64,000 nt of DNA from Rebecca billardiae RCC1528 (GCA_965240325.2 OZ251222.1:2232001-2296000), one strand, 5' to 3'. Shown: positions 32,792 through 45,570, counted from the stretch's first letter. Translations and numbers: made by a program. The notes: generated from the sequence alone by a model not told the origin.

Positions 32792-35700
32792 ATGTTCGAG
32801 CCGGTCTCGTTGCCTCCGCACGTGGAGGGCGAGGTGCACGGCGAGGTGCGCCTGCGCATCGACCAGATCCGATGGCGCGCGGCCGCGCCGAAGTCGATGC
32901 ACGCGCGCGTGAAGTGGTGGGGCGAGCGCGGCTCGGGCTCGCTCTTCCGGCCGCGCGTGCTTCCCTTCGAGGAGTCGGCGACGGAGGCGGAGCCCGGGCC
33001 CGATGGTGGCCTCACGCTCGTGGGCTATCCGTACAGGTGCGACACGCGCACGCTGCTGCGCTACTTCGACGACATGCGCATGCTCGTGATCGACGTGACC
33101 GACGGGCTGACGCATCGCGTTCTCGGCAACGCTTTTCTGCATCTCGGCCTCGTCGACAGCGAGCACAGCTACACGGGGAAGCTCGTGATCTACGACGAGG
33201 AGGAGCAGGAGCTTGGCGAGCTGCGAGCCAGCCTCGAGGTCCACGAGGGCGCCTCTGCGCACCTCCGGCCACCGACGCCACGTCAGCAGAGCACCGGTAC
33301 CAAAGTGCCGCAGCACCACCGCAGCCCGCGCGCCGCGGCTGACATGCTGGCGGCGTTCAGCGATGAAGACGAGGACGAGCCGCTCCGAGGCTCGCCCGCG
33401 CGCACGAGCGCGCACGTGGACTACGCCCACCACGCGCTGCTCGACGCCGCTCGCCCCGCCGAGGGCGACTTCGCCTCCGGGCGCGCGCGGGTGGCGGGCG
33501 CAGTCGAGGAGGCGAGCAAGGATCGCCAAGCTGCGCCCGAGCTCGCCGCGGCTCGGGCGGCCGTCACGCGTCGGAGCTTCGGCGGCGTGGACCCCGCGGA
33601 CATGCGCGCGTCGGTGCGCGCCCGCGCGGAGCCCGGCCGCCGACCAGAGCGCGCGTCATCCGCCGGCACTCGCTCGCGCCGTCGCTCGCCGCCCCCGGGT
33701 GCGCACGCCGAGGCCGCGGCCGCAGCCGAGGTGCCCGCTCAGGTGGGCGCGCTGCTGAGCCGGGCGCAGGAGCTCCGCGCGCGCATGGAAGGCGTGCTGC
33801 ACACGTCGCGCTCGGGCGCACCGCCCGCCGCGCTCGCGCACGCGGCATCTACGCTCGGTGAGGGCGCGTCTGACCTCGCGCCGCGCGCGGCGGCGGCGGC
33901 GGCGGCGGCGCGCGCCGAGGTGAGCGCGACGCGCGCCGAGCGTGCGCGTGTCGGGCAGCACGCGCACGCGACGCACGGCGCGGTGCCGGCGGGCCTGACG
34001 TCCGCGGCGCTCCTGGCAGACGCGCACGTCGAGGCGTACCTCCACCAACGCGGAGACGACGGCCCCGCGCCGCTGCGCCCCTGGCTCTCCGCAGCGGCCG
34101 ACGAGACCGGAGCCTCAGACAGCGGACGGCCCTTTGGCGGCGCGGCGGCGCGCGCGGCCGTGCCCACGCCGCCGCTGCTGCTCGAGCTGCGGCTGATGGC
34201 GGCGCGCGTGCGCGCCGAGCGGGGAGCACACGACGGTGCACCCGGGCTCGCGCCCGCCTCGCCGACGGCCCTCTTTGTCTGCTGTCGCGGGTCCGCGCTG
34301 AGCGGCGCCGGCGGGGAACCCCTCTGGCCGAGCGCAGCCGCGACCACGGCCCAGGGCTCGGCGCGGGCCGAGGCGGGCCATGGCGCGCAGGCGCAGCTGA
34401 GCATGGTCTTCCGATCGGGCGTGGCTCGCGTGGGCGCGGAGCCCGCGGCGCGCGTGCCCTTCACCGAGCACAGCCGCGTCCGCTGGCAGGGTCTGCCGGC
34501 GGAGGCGGCTGCCCACGCGCTCGCACACGCCGAGCGCGCCGCTCTGGGCACGGACGGCGCTCGGCCGTACGCGGCGGCCATGCGCGCGCACGGAGCGGCG
34601 GAGGTGGTGTCGGGCGTGCTGCACACGACCGTCGCGTGCGAGCTCTGGGTCCAGCGTGCGCCGCCGCCCGCCGGCGCGCGCGCGAGCGCCGAGCACTTCC
34701 TCGTCCCGGACTCCGGCGATGAGATGGCCGGACTTGTGAGCCTGACGCCGCGGCTGCCGTGGCCGGGCGCGGTCGCCAGCCTGGCGTGGGCCGGGGCCTC
34801 CGAGCCGCCGATTGTGCTCGCACGCGGGGCGTACGACGCGATTGAGCCGCTGAGCGGCGAGACGCGCGGCTCGGTCGAGCTCGAGCTGCGCATCGGCACC
34901 GCCGCCCAGCTCGATGCCTCTGAGCGGGAGCCCCGGGCGGCCGAGCCCATGCCTGCCGCCGCACCCACTGACCGTGCGGACGCACCCGCGGCCGCGGAAT
35001 TGGCCGGCGGCGCGCGCTCGGCGTCGGCCGGTGCCGCGAGCGATGGCGGTCGCGCGGCGCTCGAGGACGCCTCGGGCGCACGCGCTGGGGCAGGCGTGGG
35101 CGGCCCATCCGCGCACGAGCCCACACCAAGCGCGGAGCTCGCCCCCGCCGCCGCCGCCGCCGCGACCTCCTCTTCGGCCGCAGCCGCGGCGGCGGCGCCC
35201 GCGGGCGCGCACTCTCAGCATCATCAGCTGGTGCGCGTGCGGAGGTCGGCGCTGCGCGAAGTCTCAAGGCCGGTCTCCTCCGCCGGCGGCGCGGCCGGCG
35301 GCGCGGCGGCGCGCGCGCGCTCGATGCCCGCCTCGCCCGCCGCGCCCGCGCCCAAGCCGGCGGCGCCCGCCGGGACGGCGGCGGCGGCGGCGTCGCCGCC
35401 ACCCTCTCGGCTGCCGGTACGGCCGTCGAGCGCCGTCCGGCAGCGAGTGTGCAACGCACGCAGCGCGAGCAGCGCGAATCGCGCGGCCGCGGCGCAGAGC
35501 GCGGGCAGCCCGAGCGCGCGCGATGGGCGCGGCTCGTGCTCGCCGGGCGCGCCTCCGTCACCAAGCTCAAGCACCCGCAGCGCGCGCCGCCCAGCCGCCG
35601 GCGCGTCGAAGGAGCGCCGGGGCGCACGCGGCTGGGAGGCGCCGGCCGCGCTCGCCGCGGGTGCGCACGTTGTCAGCGCCACCGCGCTCACGCCGCCGTC

Positions 35701-38107
35701 AGCGGTGGGTGTGTCGCCGACGCGCACGTCCGCGGCGGCGGGCTCGGCCGGGCCAGAGCGCGCGCCAACGCCGCCAAGCACTCCGCGCTCGCACGCGCCG
35801 CCGGCCGCCGCGGGCGCACTGCGACCTCGCGCGCTGCTGCCGCAGGCGCCGGCGGCGGAGCCGCCGGCGCCGTCCACGGCCGCGAGTGTGATCGCAGCTC
35901 ACTCGCCCGCGCGCCCGCACCCGGCCTCGCGCGTGTTCGACGGCGCGAGTGCCGGCCGCGCGAGCCCCGCCGCGCGCGCTGCAGCTGACGACGTGTCAGC
36001 AGAGACCCTTGCCGTCCGCGTCGTCGGCGCGGCCAACCTGCGCCTTCCAGACAGCCGAGTGCCACTGCCGCGGCCCTCGTCCGCGCCTCCGGGCGAGCGT
36101 GCGGATGGCCAAGCGGCGGCGCGCGCTGAGCGCGCGGCGTGGGATCTGCACGCGGAGGGTGGCGGCGCGGCCGGCGGTGGGCCAGGCGCATCCCTGCCGC
36201 GCGCCTCCGTGAGCGTACACGTTGTGGGCGCGCAGTACGCCGCGCTCGGGCTCAGCGGCGGCGCGGCGGCGCTCGCGCCGCCACTCGCCGCGGGCAGCAG
36301 CTCGGCAAGCCCATCGACGGGACACGGCGGCGGCGCGATCGCGGGCCTGCCCTCGCCGTGCGTGCGCACGCGCGTCGCGCCGCCCGGCCGTGCGCCGCGC
36401 TGGGATGAGGACGGCGTGTGCGCCCTGAGCGCGCCCGACCTCGGCCGCCCCCTCGTGTGGGCGACCATGCAGCTGCACGCACTTGTGTGGCACCAGCCAG
36501 ACCCAGCGGCCGCGGCCGCCGAGAGCGCGCTGATCGGCTGGTGCACGATCGAGCTCGCCGCCCTCGGCGTCGGTCTGCGCGCGCTGGACGGCTGGTGTGC
36601 GCTGCGCGTGCCGCCGTCGGCGCTCGCGCCAAGCGCGCCGTGTGCCGCCTGCCGCCTGCGCCGCCCGTGCGCGCGCAGCCCGCCTCCCCGGCCCGGCCGC
36701 GCCTCGCGCATGTGCGAACGTCCGCGGCGCTTGCACGAGCTGACGCGCACGCGCACGCGGCGGCGCGCGCTCGGACGCGCCTTCCGCCACCGCGCGCGCC
36801 GCCGCGCGGCAGGTACCACGTCCTCGACGCGAGCGGGCAGGCGTGCGGCCAGCTGCGCGTGTGCGTCGAGCGCCAGGGTGCGCGCCGCGTGCGCGGCGGC
36901 GCCGTCAAGCCCGCCCGCGCGCCGGCGGCCCGCCGCTCGCGCCTGATCCCCACTACCCCCACGGCTCACGCTGCCCCGCATCCGTCGCGCCCGCGCCCGG
37001 GCCCGCGCCCGCGCCGCCCTGCCGCGCACCGCGCGGCACCGCTGGCGCGCAGGTCCGGTTTTGGTGCCGCGGGCCGCACTGCACCGGAGCAGTGCTGAGT
37101 GGCAGCTGGGAGCTGCTCGGCGCGCGGCCCTCAGCGGCCGGCCGAGCATTGACGGCTCCGAGCCGGAGCTGAGCACTCCGCAGAGGCCCGCGCACGCACG
37201 GCCACGAGATGCAATCTCGACGCACTCTCCGGGAGGTTCAGTCGCCGCCGGCTCTCGCACGGGCAGCCGCATGCCGGTCGACGTCGTCGCCGCGCGCGCG
37301 AGTCACGAGGACCCACCCTCGCATCTCACTCGGGCGGCCACAGGCGCCGACGGCCCCGTCGCAGAGCCGTCGACGAGCGCACCCGCTCTCACTCGCGCGA
37401 GCGCGCACTCGCCCGCCCGGGGCGGCGCCGCCAGCGTGGGCGGGAGCAGCCGCGGCAGTCAAGACTCCGCGGAGCTGCTCACCGTCCTCCGCTCGCAGAT
37501 CGGTGAGCTGACGGACATGCACGCGCGGCTGCAGGCACGGCTCGCGAGGGCTGCCGACGACGACGCGGATGAGAGTGCGCGCGACAGCGGGCTCAAGCCT
37601 GATGCGCTCGGCACTGGCGAGTCGGACGCGGCGCGCGCGGCGCGCTATGCCCGCCCCGGCGTGCCCGCAGCCGTGGTCAACGCGCTGGCCGACGAGTACG
37701 TGCACGCAGTCGAGGCCATCTCCGGCGCTCGCAAGCCTTTCCCGCTCCTGCCGGAGAGCGCCGACCCTGCGCGCGATGCGACGCTCGACGAGCGGGGCCA
37801 TAGCACTGGGTCAGATGGCCGCGCGCGCCCGAGTCTGCAGCGCATCGAGCGCATCTTGCACGCGCGCTCGCTCTGGGACGACGACGACGGCAGCGAGGAC
37901 GACGAGGGCGTCCCATCGCCTGAGCTCCCGAGGCTGGCGTTGGGCGGTCGGACAGCAGCACCGTCGGCGCACAGCAGCGCTGTGGTTCCCTTGCCTGGCA
38001 CACCTGCGCCTGCTGCGGATGCAGACACAGTGCAGCCTGATGCGGCCGTGACGACGAACGGATCAGCGCGGATCGATGCCCTTGCCACCAGCGCCGCCGT
38101 GGGCTGA
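32792..38107 (+). CDS. C2CD3: C2 domain-containing protein 3-like (centriole distal-end protein); introns 36595-36812 and 36878-37052
   Basis: N-terminus SLPPHVEGE...VKWWGE.GSGSLFRP...YRC...LLRYFDDM matches the C2CD3 N-terminal C2 domain. Splicing the two GT-AG introns gives LDGW|YHVLDASGQACGQLRV and joins in frame to ORF 37061-38107. Confidence 0.8.
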
Positions 38108-38415
38108 CTGAGCGGAACTGGATGCCGCTGCGACTCGCCGCGAGACTGGCCAGAGAGCACGGGCCACGGGCACGGCTACTGTTACTGTACTGTCACTCAC
38201 TCAGTTACTGACAGTACTGTGAGTACTGACACATATATATATACACACACACACTACATGTATGTAGTGTATGAGTAACGACTATATATATATGTATTTC
38301 ACAGTCGTCATCTTGCTGTAGCAGCAGACGACGACTACGACACCGCCTCGTGCCTGTGTCGTCGCACTGCCCGTGACGATATGATCCAGCAGAGGCGACG
38401 GGCAGCGGCTGCAGC

Positions 38416-40257
38416 TCACTGAGAGGCCGAGCGCCGCATGTCGACGACGACGGGCTGCTCACCAGCCTCGAACGAGTCCAGGACCTGCGACGGCCCAGTC
38501 ACCCGGATACCTTCGCTGTGTACGCCTTCGTACGCAAAGCCGAGCCGGCCGTCGATGCCACCCGCGAGGAGCGCAGCGCTGTGATCGTCATCGCCCTCAC
38601 CAATCGTGTAGCCCTGCCGTGCGAGCGCGAGCCGTGCCGTTTGGATGCTCAGCCGGAATTTAATCCAGAGAACAGCTCTGTAAACGCCGACGACGCACGC
38701 AAAGACGCCGAGGAGCAGCGAGAGCGTCGCGCCGAGCCCGATCCACAGGGGCCACTCGGCCTGCAGCGGTGCGTACTCGCGCGAGCAATCCGGACCGAGG
38801 AAGTTCGCCTCGCAGAAGCACGAGCCGTTCACACACACGCCGTGCACGCATCGCACCTCTGCGCACGCATCCCAGGGTTGGATCAGCCAGGCGGTCTCGC
38901 CCGCGGCGGCGACGAGGCTGGCGCCGACGGCAAGCACGAGCGGGCGTGAGCCGTTGTGAGCGTGCATCCACTCGCGCGTGCACGGGCCCTCTAGCAGGAG
39001 CGAGTCGAGCTGGCGCGGCGCGCGCACCGCCGCGCCGCCCACTGCGAGCGTCGGCAGCGTCTCCACGCGCGCTAGTGCGTGGCTCCAGCACCCGCCGCTC
39101 AGCTCGGCGACGCCGACGACGACGTGGAGCATGCCGCTCGGCGAGAGCAGGGGCTGCTGCATCGGAAGCACAAGCGAGCAGCCGAGTACGTAGCACTCGG
39201 AGGCCCGCACGGGTGCGCGCAGCTCGAGCTCCCACAGCACGTGCCCGTCTGGCGTGAGCGCAAGCACCACAGGCTGCGCCTGTCCGGCCGAACGTGCGCA
39301 CACGACGTACAGCCGCCCCGTGAAGGAGGCGACGGGGGTGGTGCACAGCGTCACGCCGGGCAGGACGGCCGACCAGACGACGGCGCCCGTCTCGGCGTCG
39401 AGTGTGGTGACCGTCGCGTTGCCCGCAAGCCCTGGACGCGGGACGTGCGGGCCCTCGAGCACGTGCACGCGCGCGCGCCCTGCGCGGTCAACCGGCCCGG
39501 CCACGGCGTGAGCTGGCAGCAGGCGCCAGCCCTCGGCACGGCACGTGGCTGAGGCCGGGCCGCTGGCCAGCCGGTGCACCCACAGCGCGCGGCGCGTGCG
39601 CAGGCTCAGTGCCCGCACCGCGCGGCCGATGACGCACGGGCCGCGCCCGTCGTCGCTCGCGTTCAGCTGCATGACGGACGAGAGCAGCAGCGTCCCGTTG
39701 GCACGCGGCACCAGCGCCGGTCGCCAAACAGCGCGCCAGCGACCCTCGTCGGAGGGGCGCCAGCTCCAGTCGACGGACCCATCCGCGGCTCGCACGAAGT
39801 GCACAGCGCCGCCGTCTGTGCCCGCGTACACTCCGGAACCATCGAGCGGGTCAGCGACCGGCGCCAGGAGCGCGTTGTTCCCAACGGGCACACTCACGTT
39901 CCACATGAGCGTGTATGGGAGGCTCGGCACCACGGCGAGGAGCCTCCCCAGCGCGCGCGGCGAGGTCATGTACGCCAGTGCGGGCTGGCCTGGGCTCGCA
40001 GGGGCGTATGACACACCAGGCTCCGCCGCGCACAGCCCTGGCTCGCTGGCGATTCCGGAGTCAAGCGCGCGCGAGATGGAGAGCTCCCTCGACCACTTGT
40101 CCACAGAGAAGGCATGCGTGGCAAGCGGGTCAGAGATGACCACAGCGGGCGTGCCTTGCCCAGCGCCCTTGATCACGTCGACAGCGTCCAGCGAGCGCCG
40201 GAGAGCCAGCACGCCCGTCACAGACAAGCGCGTGGGCGGCGACATGTCGTCCGCCAT
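38416..40257 (-). CDS. PQQ/BamB-like beta-propeller protein with EGF-like domain and single C-terminal TM helix
   Basis: Propeller-like motifs VYAGTDGGAVHFVRAADGSVDWSW, LDAETGAVVWS and ALTPDGHVLWE. EGF motif CAEVRCVHGVCVNGSCFCEANFLGPDCS. TM segment LWIGLGATLSLLLGVFACVVGVY. Confidence 0.75.
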   Translation of the reverse strand: MADDMSPPTRLSVTGVLALRRSLDAVDVIKGAGQGTPAVVISDPLATHAFSVDKWSRELSISRALDSGIASEPGLCAAEPGVSYAPASPGQPALAYMTSPRALGRLLAVVPSLPYTLMWNVSVPVGNNALLAPVADPLDGSGVYAGTDGGAVHFVRAADGSVDWSWRPSDEGRWRAVWRPALVPRANGTLLLSSVMQLNASDDGRGPCVIGRAVRALSLRTRRALWVHRLASGPASATCRAEGWRLLPAHAVAGPVDRAGRARVHVLEGPHVPRPGLAGNATVTTLDAETGAVVWSAVLPGVTLCTTPVASFTGRLYVVCARSAGQAQPVVLALTPDGHVLWELELRAPVRASECYVLGCSLVLPMQQPLLSPSGMLHVVVGVAELSGGCWSHALARVETLPTLAVGGAAVRAPRQLDSLLLEGPCTREWMHAHNGSRPLVLAVGASLVAAAGETAWLIQPWDACAEVRCVHGVCVNGSCFCEANFLGPDCSREYAPLQAEWPLWIGLGATLSLLLGVFACVVGVYRAVLWIKFRLSIQTARLALARQGYTIGEGDDDHSAALLAGGIDGRLGFAYEGVHSEGIRVTGPSQVLDSFEAGEQPVVVDMRRSASQ

Positions 40258-40348
40258 GGCAATCGAACTTCGCTTCAAACCGACGAGCGACGCGACCTCG
40301 GGACCTCGCTCGCGCGGCGAAATTATAACTCACTCGGTAGACCCACAT

Positions 40349-41014
40349 ATAACCGCGCGCGCGTCGCGCTCCTTCTGGCGATCCGGTGTTTACGATAGGC
40401 GGATGCAGGGGTTGCCTGGGGCCGCCAGTCGCCACGGGGGGGGGCAGGGCGGCGAGGCAGCGCCCGCCCGGCAGCACATCGCCCCCCCCGTGGACGCTGA
40501 CTCAAGCCGCACCCACCCCAGCGCGGCGATCCCACGCCAGGGAGGGCGGGCGGGAGGCGGAGGAGCGCCGCTGGCTGTCCGTGAGTGTGCCGGCGCCGCC
40601 GCGGCCTGCCGCCCGGGGGCCCCGGGCCCGGGCGGGGCCGCTGTGCTCAGGCGTCGGCCGGGGCAGGGTGCGCCGGGGGGCAGTCGCGGCGGAAGCGGTC
40701 GGCTGCACGACGTGGGCTGCCCTGACCGGCCCCGAAGGTGCGCCTGTCACGCCGAGGGTCGGCCCTCCTGCAGGTACGCTCACTTTCCGCTTGGTACCCG
40801 CGCCGCAAAGGCGAGCTGCTTCCGACTCACATCTCGTCACCGTGCGGTCACTCCGGCGATGCCGCTGCGAGCGCCGAGCCCGCGTCCGGCCAGGTATACG
40901 CCCACCTAGCGGGGAGGGGCACGGGCGGCGGCGGAGCAGCGACGCGGCAGTCATAACGCGATAACCGCCGCGGACTGCCAAACCCACCACTCCCGTCGCG
41001 TCGGCCATCGCCCC
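40349..41014 (+). mobile_element. Family-B element, short copy (666 bp)
   Basis: First ~120 bp match 41015-41135; last ~460 bp match 44503-44965. Confidence 0.75.
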
Positions 41015-42689
41015 ATAACCGCGCGCGCGTCGCGCTCCTTCTGGCGATCCGGTGTTTACGATAGGCGGATGCAGGGGTTGCCTGGGGCCGCCAGTCGCCA
41101 CGGGGGGGGGCAGGGCGGCGAGGCAGCGCCCGCCCAAAGAGGCGCAGCGCCAGGCGCCACGCCGGCGTGGCCGGCGTCGGCCGGCGCGGCCGAGGCCAGG
41201 CCCGGCCCCGACCCCCAGAGGCGCAGCGCCCTGCCCACCACCACGCCGCACGCCGCCGGTGTGAGGCCGCGGAGCGGCGGACTGGGTGCCCCCCCCCCCT
41301 CCCCCCCAGCGCTCAGCCCCTGCCAGAGGTCGCCGAGAGCCCGCAGCGACCGGCGGACCACAGGACCACTGGCGTAACCCGCCCGTCGTCGCGCGCCGGC
41401 ACAGGCCAGGCGAAGCGCTGCAGGTGACCCGCAGGCCACGCCGTCCACTTGCCCGACGAAACCGCCCAGCAGCACGCGCGCACCGCCGCCGCCGCCGCCG
41501 GCCGGCGAGAGCGCATGCGCCCGAGCCGTCGCGGAACACACCCGAGCCGACATGAGGCGCAGGTATCGACGTCGGCTTGCCGACAACGTCGTCAACCACG
41601 CGCCTGCAGACCGCACGAGCGCCCGTGAAAGCGCGCCGAAAAGGGGCGTGCGAGGTGACGCGCACGGTGCGCGAATGGTGATGGCCGTGCGGCGCACGAA
41701 TGACGATCGGTGCGCGCGCACGATGAGCGGTGCACGCGCGGGCGGATCGGAGCGCGCGCATGATAAACGGCGCATGATACTCGGCGCGCGCGCATGACGG
41801 CGCGCGCGCATGATGATCGGCGCTGGTCGGTGCGCGCGCATGATGATCGTCACGCGATGATCGGCGCGCGCGCATGACCATGCGCGCGCGTGACGAATTC
41901 GCCGCAACGGCTCGCGCGAGAGGCACAAGGCGATTGACGATGAACGCGACCACGTTCGAGCGCTCGAGCGAAGCAGGAGGTGATGAGTGAGGAAGATGGC
42001 ACAGGAATGGGAGAGGAACGCGTGGCGCGTGGCGGGAAGGGCCAGGCACGCTCGGCGTGAGGAAAGGAACGCGCGTAGAAACGGAACGGAACGGAAAGCA
42101 GCGGTTCGAGCGATAGACAGGAGGTGATTGACGACGATGAGCGCGTGCGCGCTCGAGCGACGCAGAAGGTGACGAGCGAGGAAGACCAAGGCCAGGTGAA
42201 AGCGCCGCAGGTGGCCAGCGGGCCACGTCGCTTTTCGCGCCCGAAAACGCCCAGCAGCGCGCGCGCCCCGCTGCAGTGGCAGCCGACCGGCGAGAGCTGC
42301 ATCCGCCAGAGCCGCCACGCGGCGCAGGTATCAACGCCGGCCCGCCGACAACGTCGTCCCCGACACCCCGGCCACAGACACCACGTACACCCATGTAAGC
42401 GCGCCGAAAGGTGCGCGCGAGGATGGCGCACTCGGCACCCGAATGATGATGATGGTTGCGCGGAGCACGAATGATGATCGGCGCGCGCGGGTATCAACGC
42501 CAGCCCGCCGACGACGTCGTCCCCCACGCCCCGGCCACAGACACCACGTACGCCCATGTAAGCGCGCCGAAAGGTGTGTGCGATGATGGCACGCTCGGCA
42601 CCCGGATGATGATGCGATGGTTACGCTGAGCACGAAGTGATGATCGGCGCGCGCACATGATGATGATCGGCGCGCGCGCATGAGAAGAC

Positions 42690-43352
42690 AGGTGCGAGTG
42701 ACGCGCGGAGAAGATGCGCGCGGAGACGATAGGCGCGGAGGACATAGGCGCAAGTAACGCGCGGAGGAGATAGGCGCAAGTAACGCGCGGAGAAGATAGG
42801 CGCAAGTAACGCGCGGAGAAGATATAGTAGGCGCAAGTAACGCGCGGAGACAGGCGCAAGTAACGCGCGGAGAAGATAGGCGCAAGTAAACGCGCGGAGA
42901 AGATATAGTAGGCGCAAGTAACGCGCGGAGACAGGCGCAAGTAACGCGCGGAGAAGATAGGCGCAAGTAACGCGCGGAGAAGATATAGTAGGCGCAAGTA
43001 ACGCGCGGAGACAGGCGCAAGTAACGCGCGGAGAAGATAGGCGCAAGTAAACGCGCGGAGAAGATATAGTAGGCGCAAGTAACGCGCGGAGACAGGCGCA
43101 AGTAACGCGCGGAGAAGTAGATAGTATAGGCGCAAGTAACGCGCGGAGGAGGTATAGGCGCAAGTGACGCGCGGAGACAGGCGCAAGTAACGCGTGGGGA
43201 AGTAGATATAGTAGGCGCAAGTAACGCGCGGAGAAGTAGATAGGCGCAAGTGACGCGCGGAGACAGGCGCAAGTAACGCGCGGAGAAGTAGATAGTAGGC
43301 GCAAGTAACGCGCGGAGATGAGATAGGCGCAAGTGACGCGCGGAGAAGATAG
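42690..43352. repeat. Minisatellite: ~22 copies of AGGCGCAAGTAACGCGCGGAG with 2-13 nt linkers
   Basis: Linkers cycle AAGAT / AAGATATAGT / AC, giving an ~80-bp higher-order unit. Confidence 0.95.
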
Positions 43353-43399
43353 GGTGCGCACACGATGATCGGCGCATGATGATCGGCGCGCGCGCGAGG

Positions 43400-43478
43400 G
43401 ATAGACAGATAGACAGATAGACAGATAGACAGATAGACAGATAGACAGATAGATAGACAGATAGATAGACAGATAGAC
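43400..43478. repeat. (GATA/GACA)n microsatellite
   Basis: Read directly from the sequence. Confidence 0.95.
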
Positions 43479-45570
43479 GCGCGAGTGAGCGACGGCGAGC
43501 TGTAGAGAAGGGTGAGTCGTGCGGCGGCGAGTGGCGGCGGCGTGCTTGCAGCGCGGCAGCGGCGTGCGGCGAGCGCGAACACGCGGAGCGCGCGCGGCTC
43601 CGCTGTTGCGCCCCGAGGGGCCCGCGCCGAAGAAGCGCGCTCGCTCGAGCGGGGGGCAGATCGAAGGTGATGAAGCGCGCGGTTCCGCTCAAGCGAAGTA
43701 GAAGGTGATGAGCGACGAGTGTGCCCGACGGACGACAGCGCAACGACACCTCACGCGCCGCCCCGCCGGCCGCCCAACAGATGGCCGAGAACGGGACGCC
43801 GAAGTAGCATGTGTGCGCTCACTGCCCGCGCCGCCGACATGCGCTCCAGCTCGGACGAAGGGCAGAAGGTGTTGTTGAGCGCGCCCCCGCGAGCGCGCAG
43901 CAGCTGGTGAGGAGCGTGTTGTTGAGTACGCCCCCGCGAGCGCGCAGCAGCTGGTGAGGAGCGTGGAGCGTGCCCGACACACGCCCGCTGGCGCCGCCCC
44001 GCCGTGCGCCCAGCCGCCGGACGCTGCCGATGGACGCAGAAGCAGCATGGATGCGCACGAGTCTCGTCCAGCGCCAAAATGCGCTCGCGCGCGAGCGAGG
44101 CAGACAGCGCCGAGCGCGCCCACGCTCGAGCGAAGCAGGTGGAGATGAGCGAGGAGCGCGCACGACGGACGGCAGCGCACCGGCACCTCACTTACCACCC
44201 CGATGTGCGTCCCCGATGTGCGCCCGGCCACCGGACGCCTCAGAAGGACACCCAGCACAAGCGTGGTCGCGCACGAGCGGATGAGAGAAGCAGAAGGCGC
44301 TGAGCGTTCCCCTCGAGTAAAGCAGTGGGCCATGAGGAGGAGGGAGCACGACGGACGGCAGTGCCCAGCACCTCGCGCTCCGCCTCGCAGTGCGCACGAC
44401 CGTCGGATGCCGCCGCAGAAGGACGCCGAAGCAGCATCGTGAGAGTTCGAGCGTGATGCACGCGCACCACGCCAGGGGGGGACAACGAGGAACGGGGAGC
44501 GAAGGAGGCGGAGGAGCGCCGCTGGCTGTCCGTGAGTGTGCCGGCGCCGCCGCGGCCTGCCGCCCGGGGGCCCCGGGCCCGGGCGGGGCCGCTGTGCTCA
44601 GGCGTCGGCCGGGGCAGGGTGCGCCGGGGGGCAGTCGCGGCGGAAGCGGTCGGCTGCACGACGTGGGCTGCCCTGACCGGCCCCGAAGGTGCGCCTGTCA
44701 CGCCGAGGGTCGGCCCTCCTGCAGGTACGCTCACTTTCCGCTTGGTACCCGCGCCGCAAAGGCGAGCTGCTTCCGACTCACATCTCGTCACCGTGCGGTC
44801 ACTCCGGCGATGCCGCTGCGAGCGCCGAGCCCGCGTCCGGCCAGGTATACGCCCACCTAGCGGGGAGGGGCACGGGCGGCGGCGGAGCAGCGACGCGGCA
44901 GTCATAACGCGATAACCGCCGCGGACTGCCAAACCCACCACTCCCGTCGCGTCGGCCATCGCCCCGAGAGTAGATTGAGGTGGGGGCCGCGTTGATAAAC
45001 GCGTGAGGTGACTAGGTCACACCCCCGAAGCCGTCCAGGATGCGACGCCGACCAGAAAGGACTCGCCGATGCATTCGAGCAACTACGCCGACAGAAGCCG
45101 ACCGCCTAGACGCCGAAGAGGAAGTACTCGATGGAGCACGTAGATAGACCGCAGGCGCTGGCAGCCGACGCCCTCCCCCAACGCAAGTTTGGGCCGAGCG
45201 CGGCGCCGCAGGGGGCAGAGGCCTCGAGGGCCTCCACCCCCCCCGACACCGCGCGCACCCAGGCCATGCCCACCCAGCAACCAGCCGGGTGGGAGGGCAG
45301 GGAGAAACAACTCCCAGAGGAGGGGCAGCCACCAGCGCCGCGGTGACCCAGCAGCCACGCCGGCCGCCGAGCCGCGGATGCAGCCAGCGAGCGCGCGCAG
45401 AGAGGCGCATCGCTTGCCAAGCTACTGCGCGGATCCGCGCCCACCCCCTGTCCGGGCCTGGCTCGGCTTGACGACCGGAAAACCTTCGGGCAGCCGGACC
45501 CGGGCTGCCAGCCCGCCCTCATGAGGGCTACCGGTGAGTTATACCCGCATAACCGAGCGGTTATACAACC

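Larger units (their letters stand above)
41015..44965 (+). mobile_element. Family-B element, long copy (3951 bp) carrying minisatellites
   Basis: Same termini as the short copy, with a repeat-rich interior. Confidence 0.75.

Noticed and set aside
42690-43352. CRISPR array
   Set aside because: Linkers are only 2-13 nt and recur cyclically rather than being unique. There are no cas genes and the context is eukaryotic.
42331-43749. Long minus-strand ORFs in all three frames (SPRVTCAY / RALLAP / SARYLRL repeats)
   Set aside because: The minisatellite simply lacks stop codons on that strand; there is no evidence of coding.
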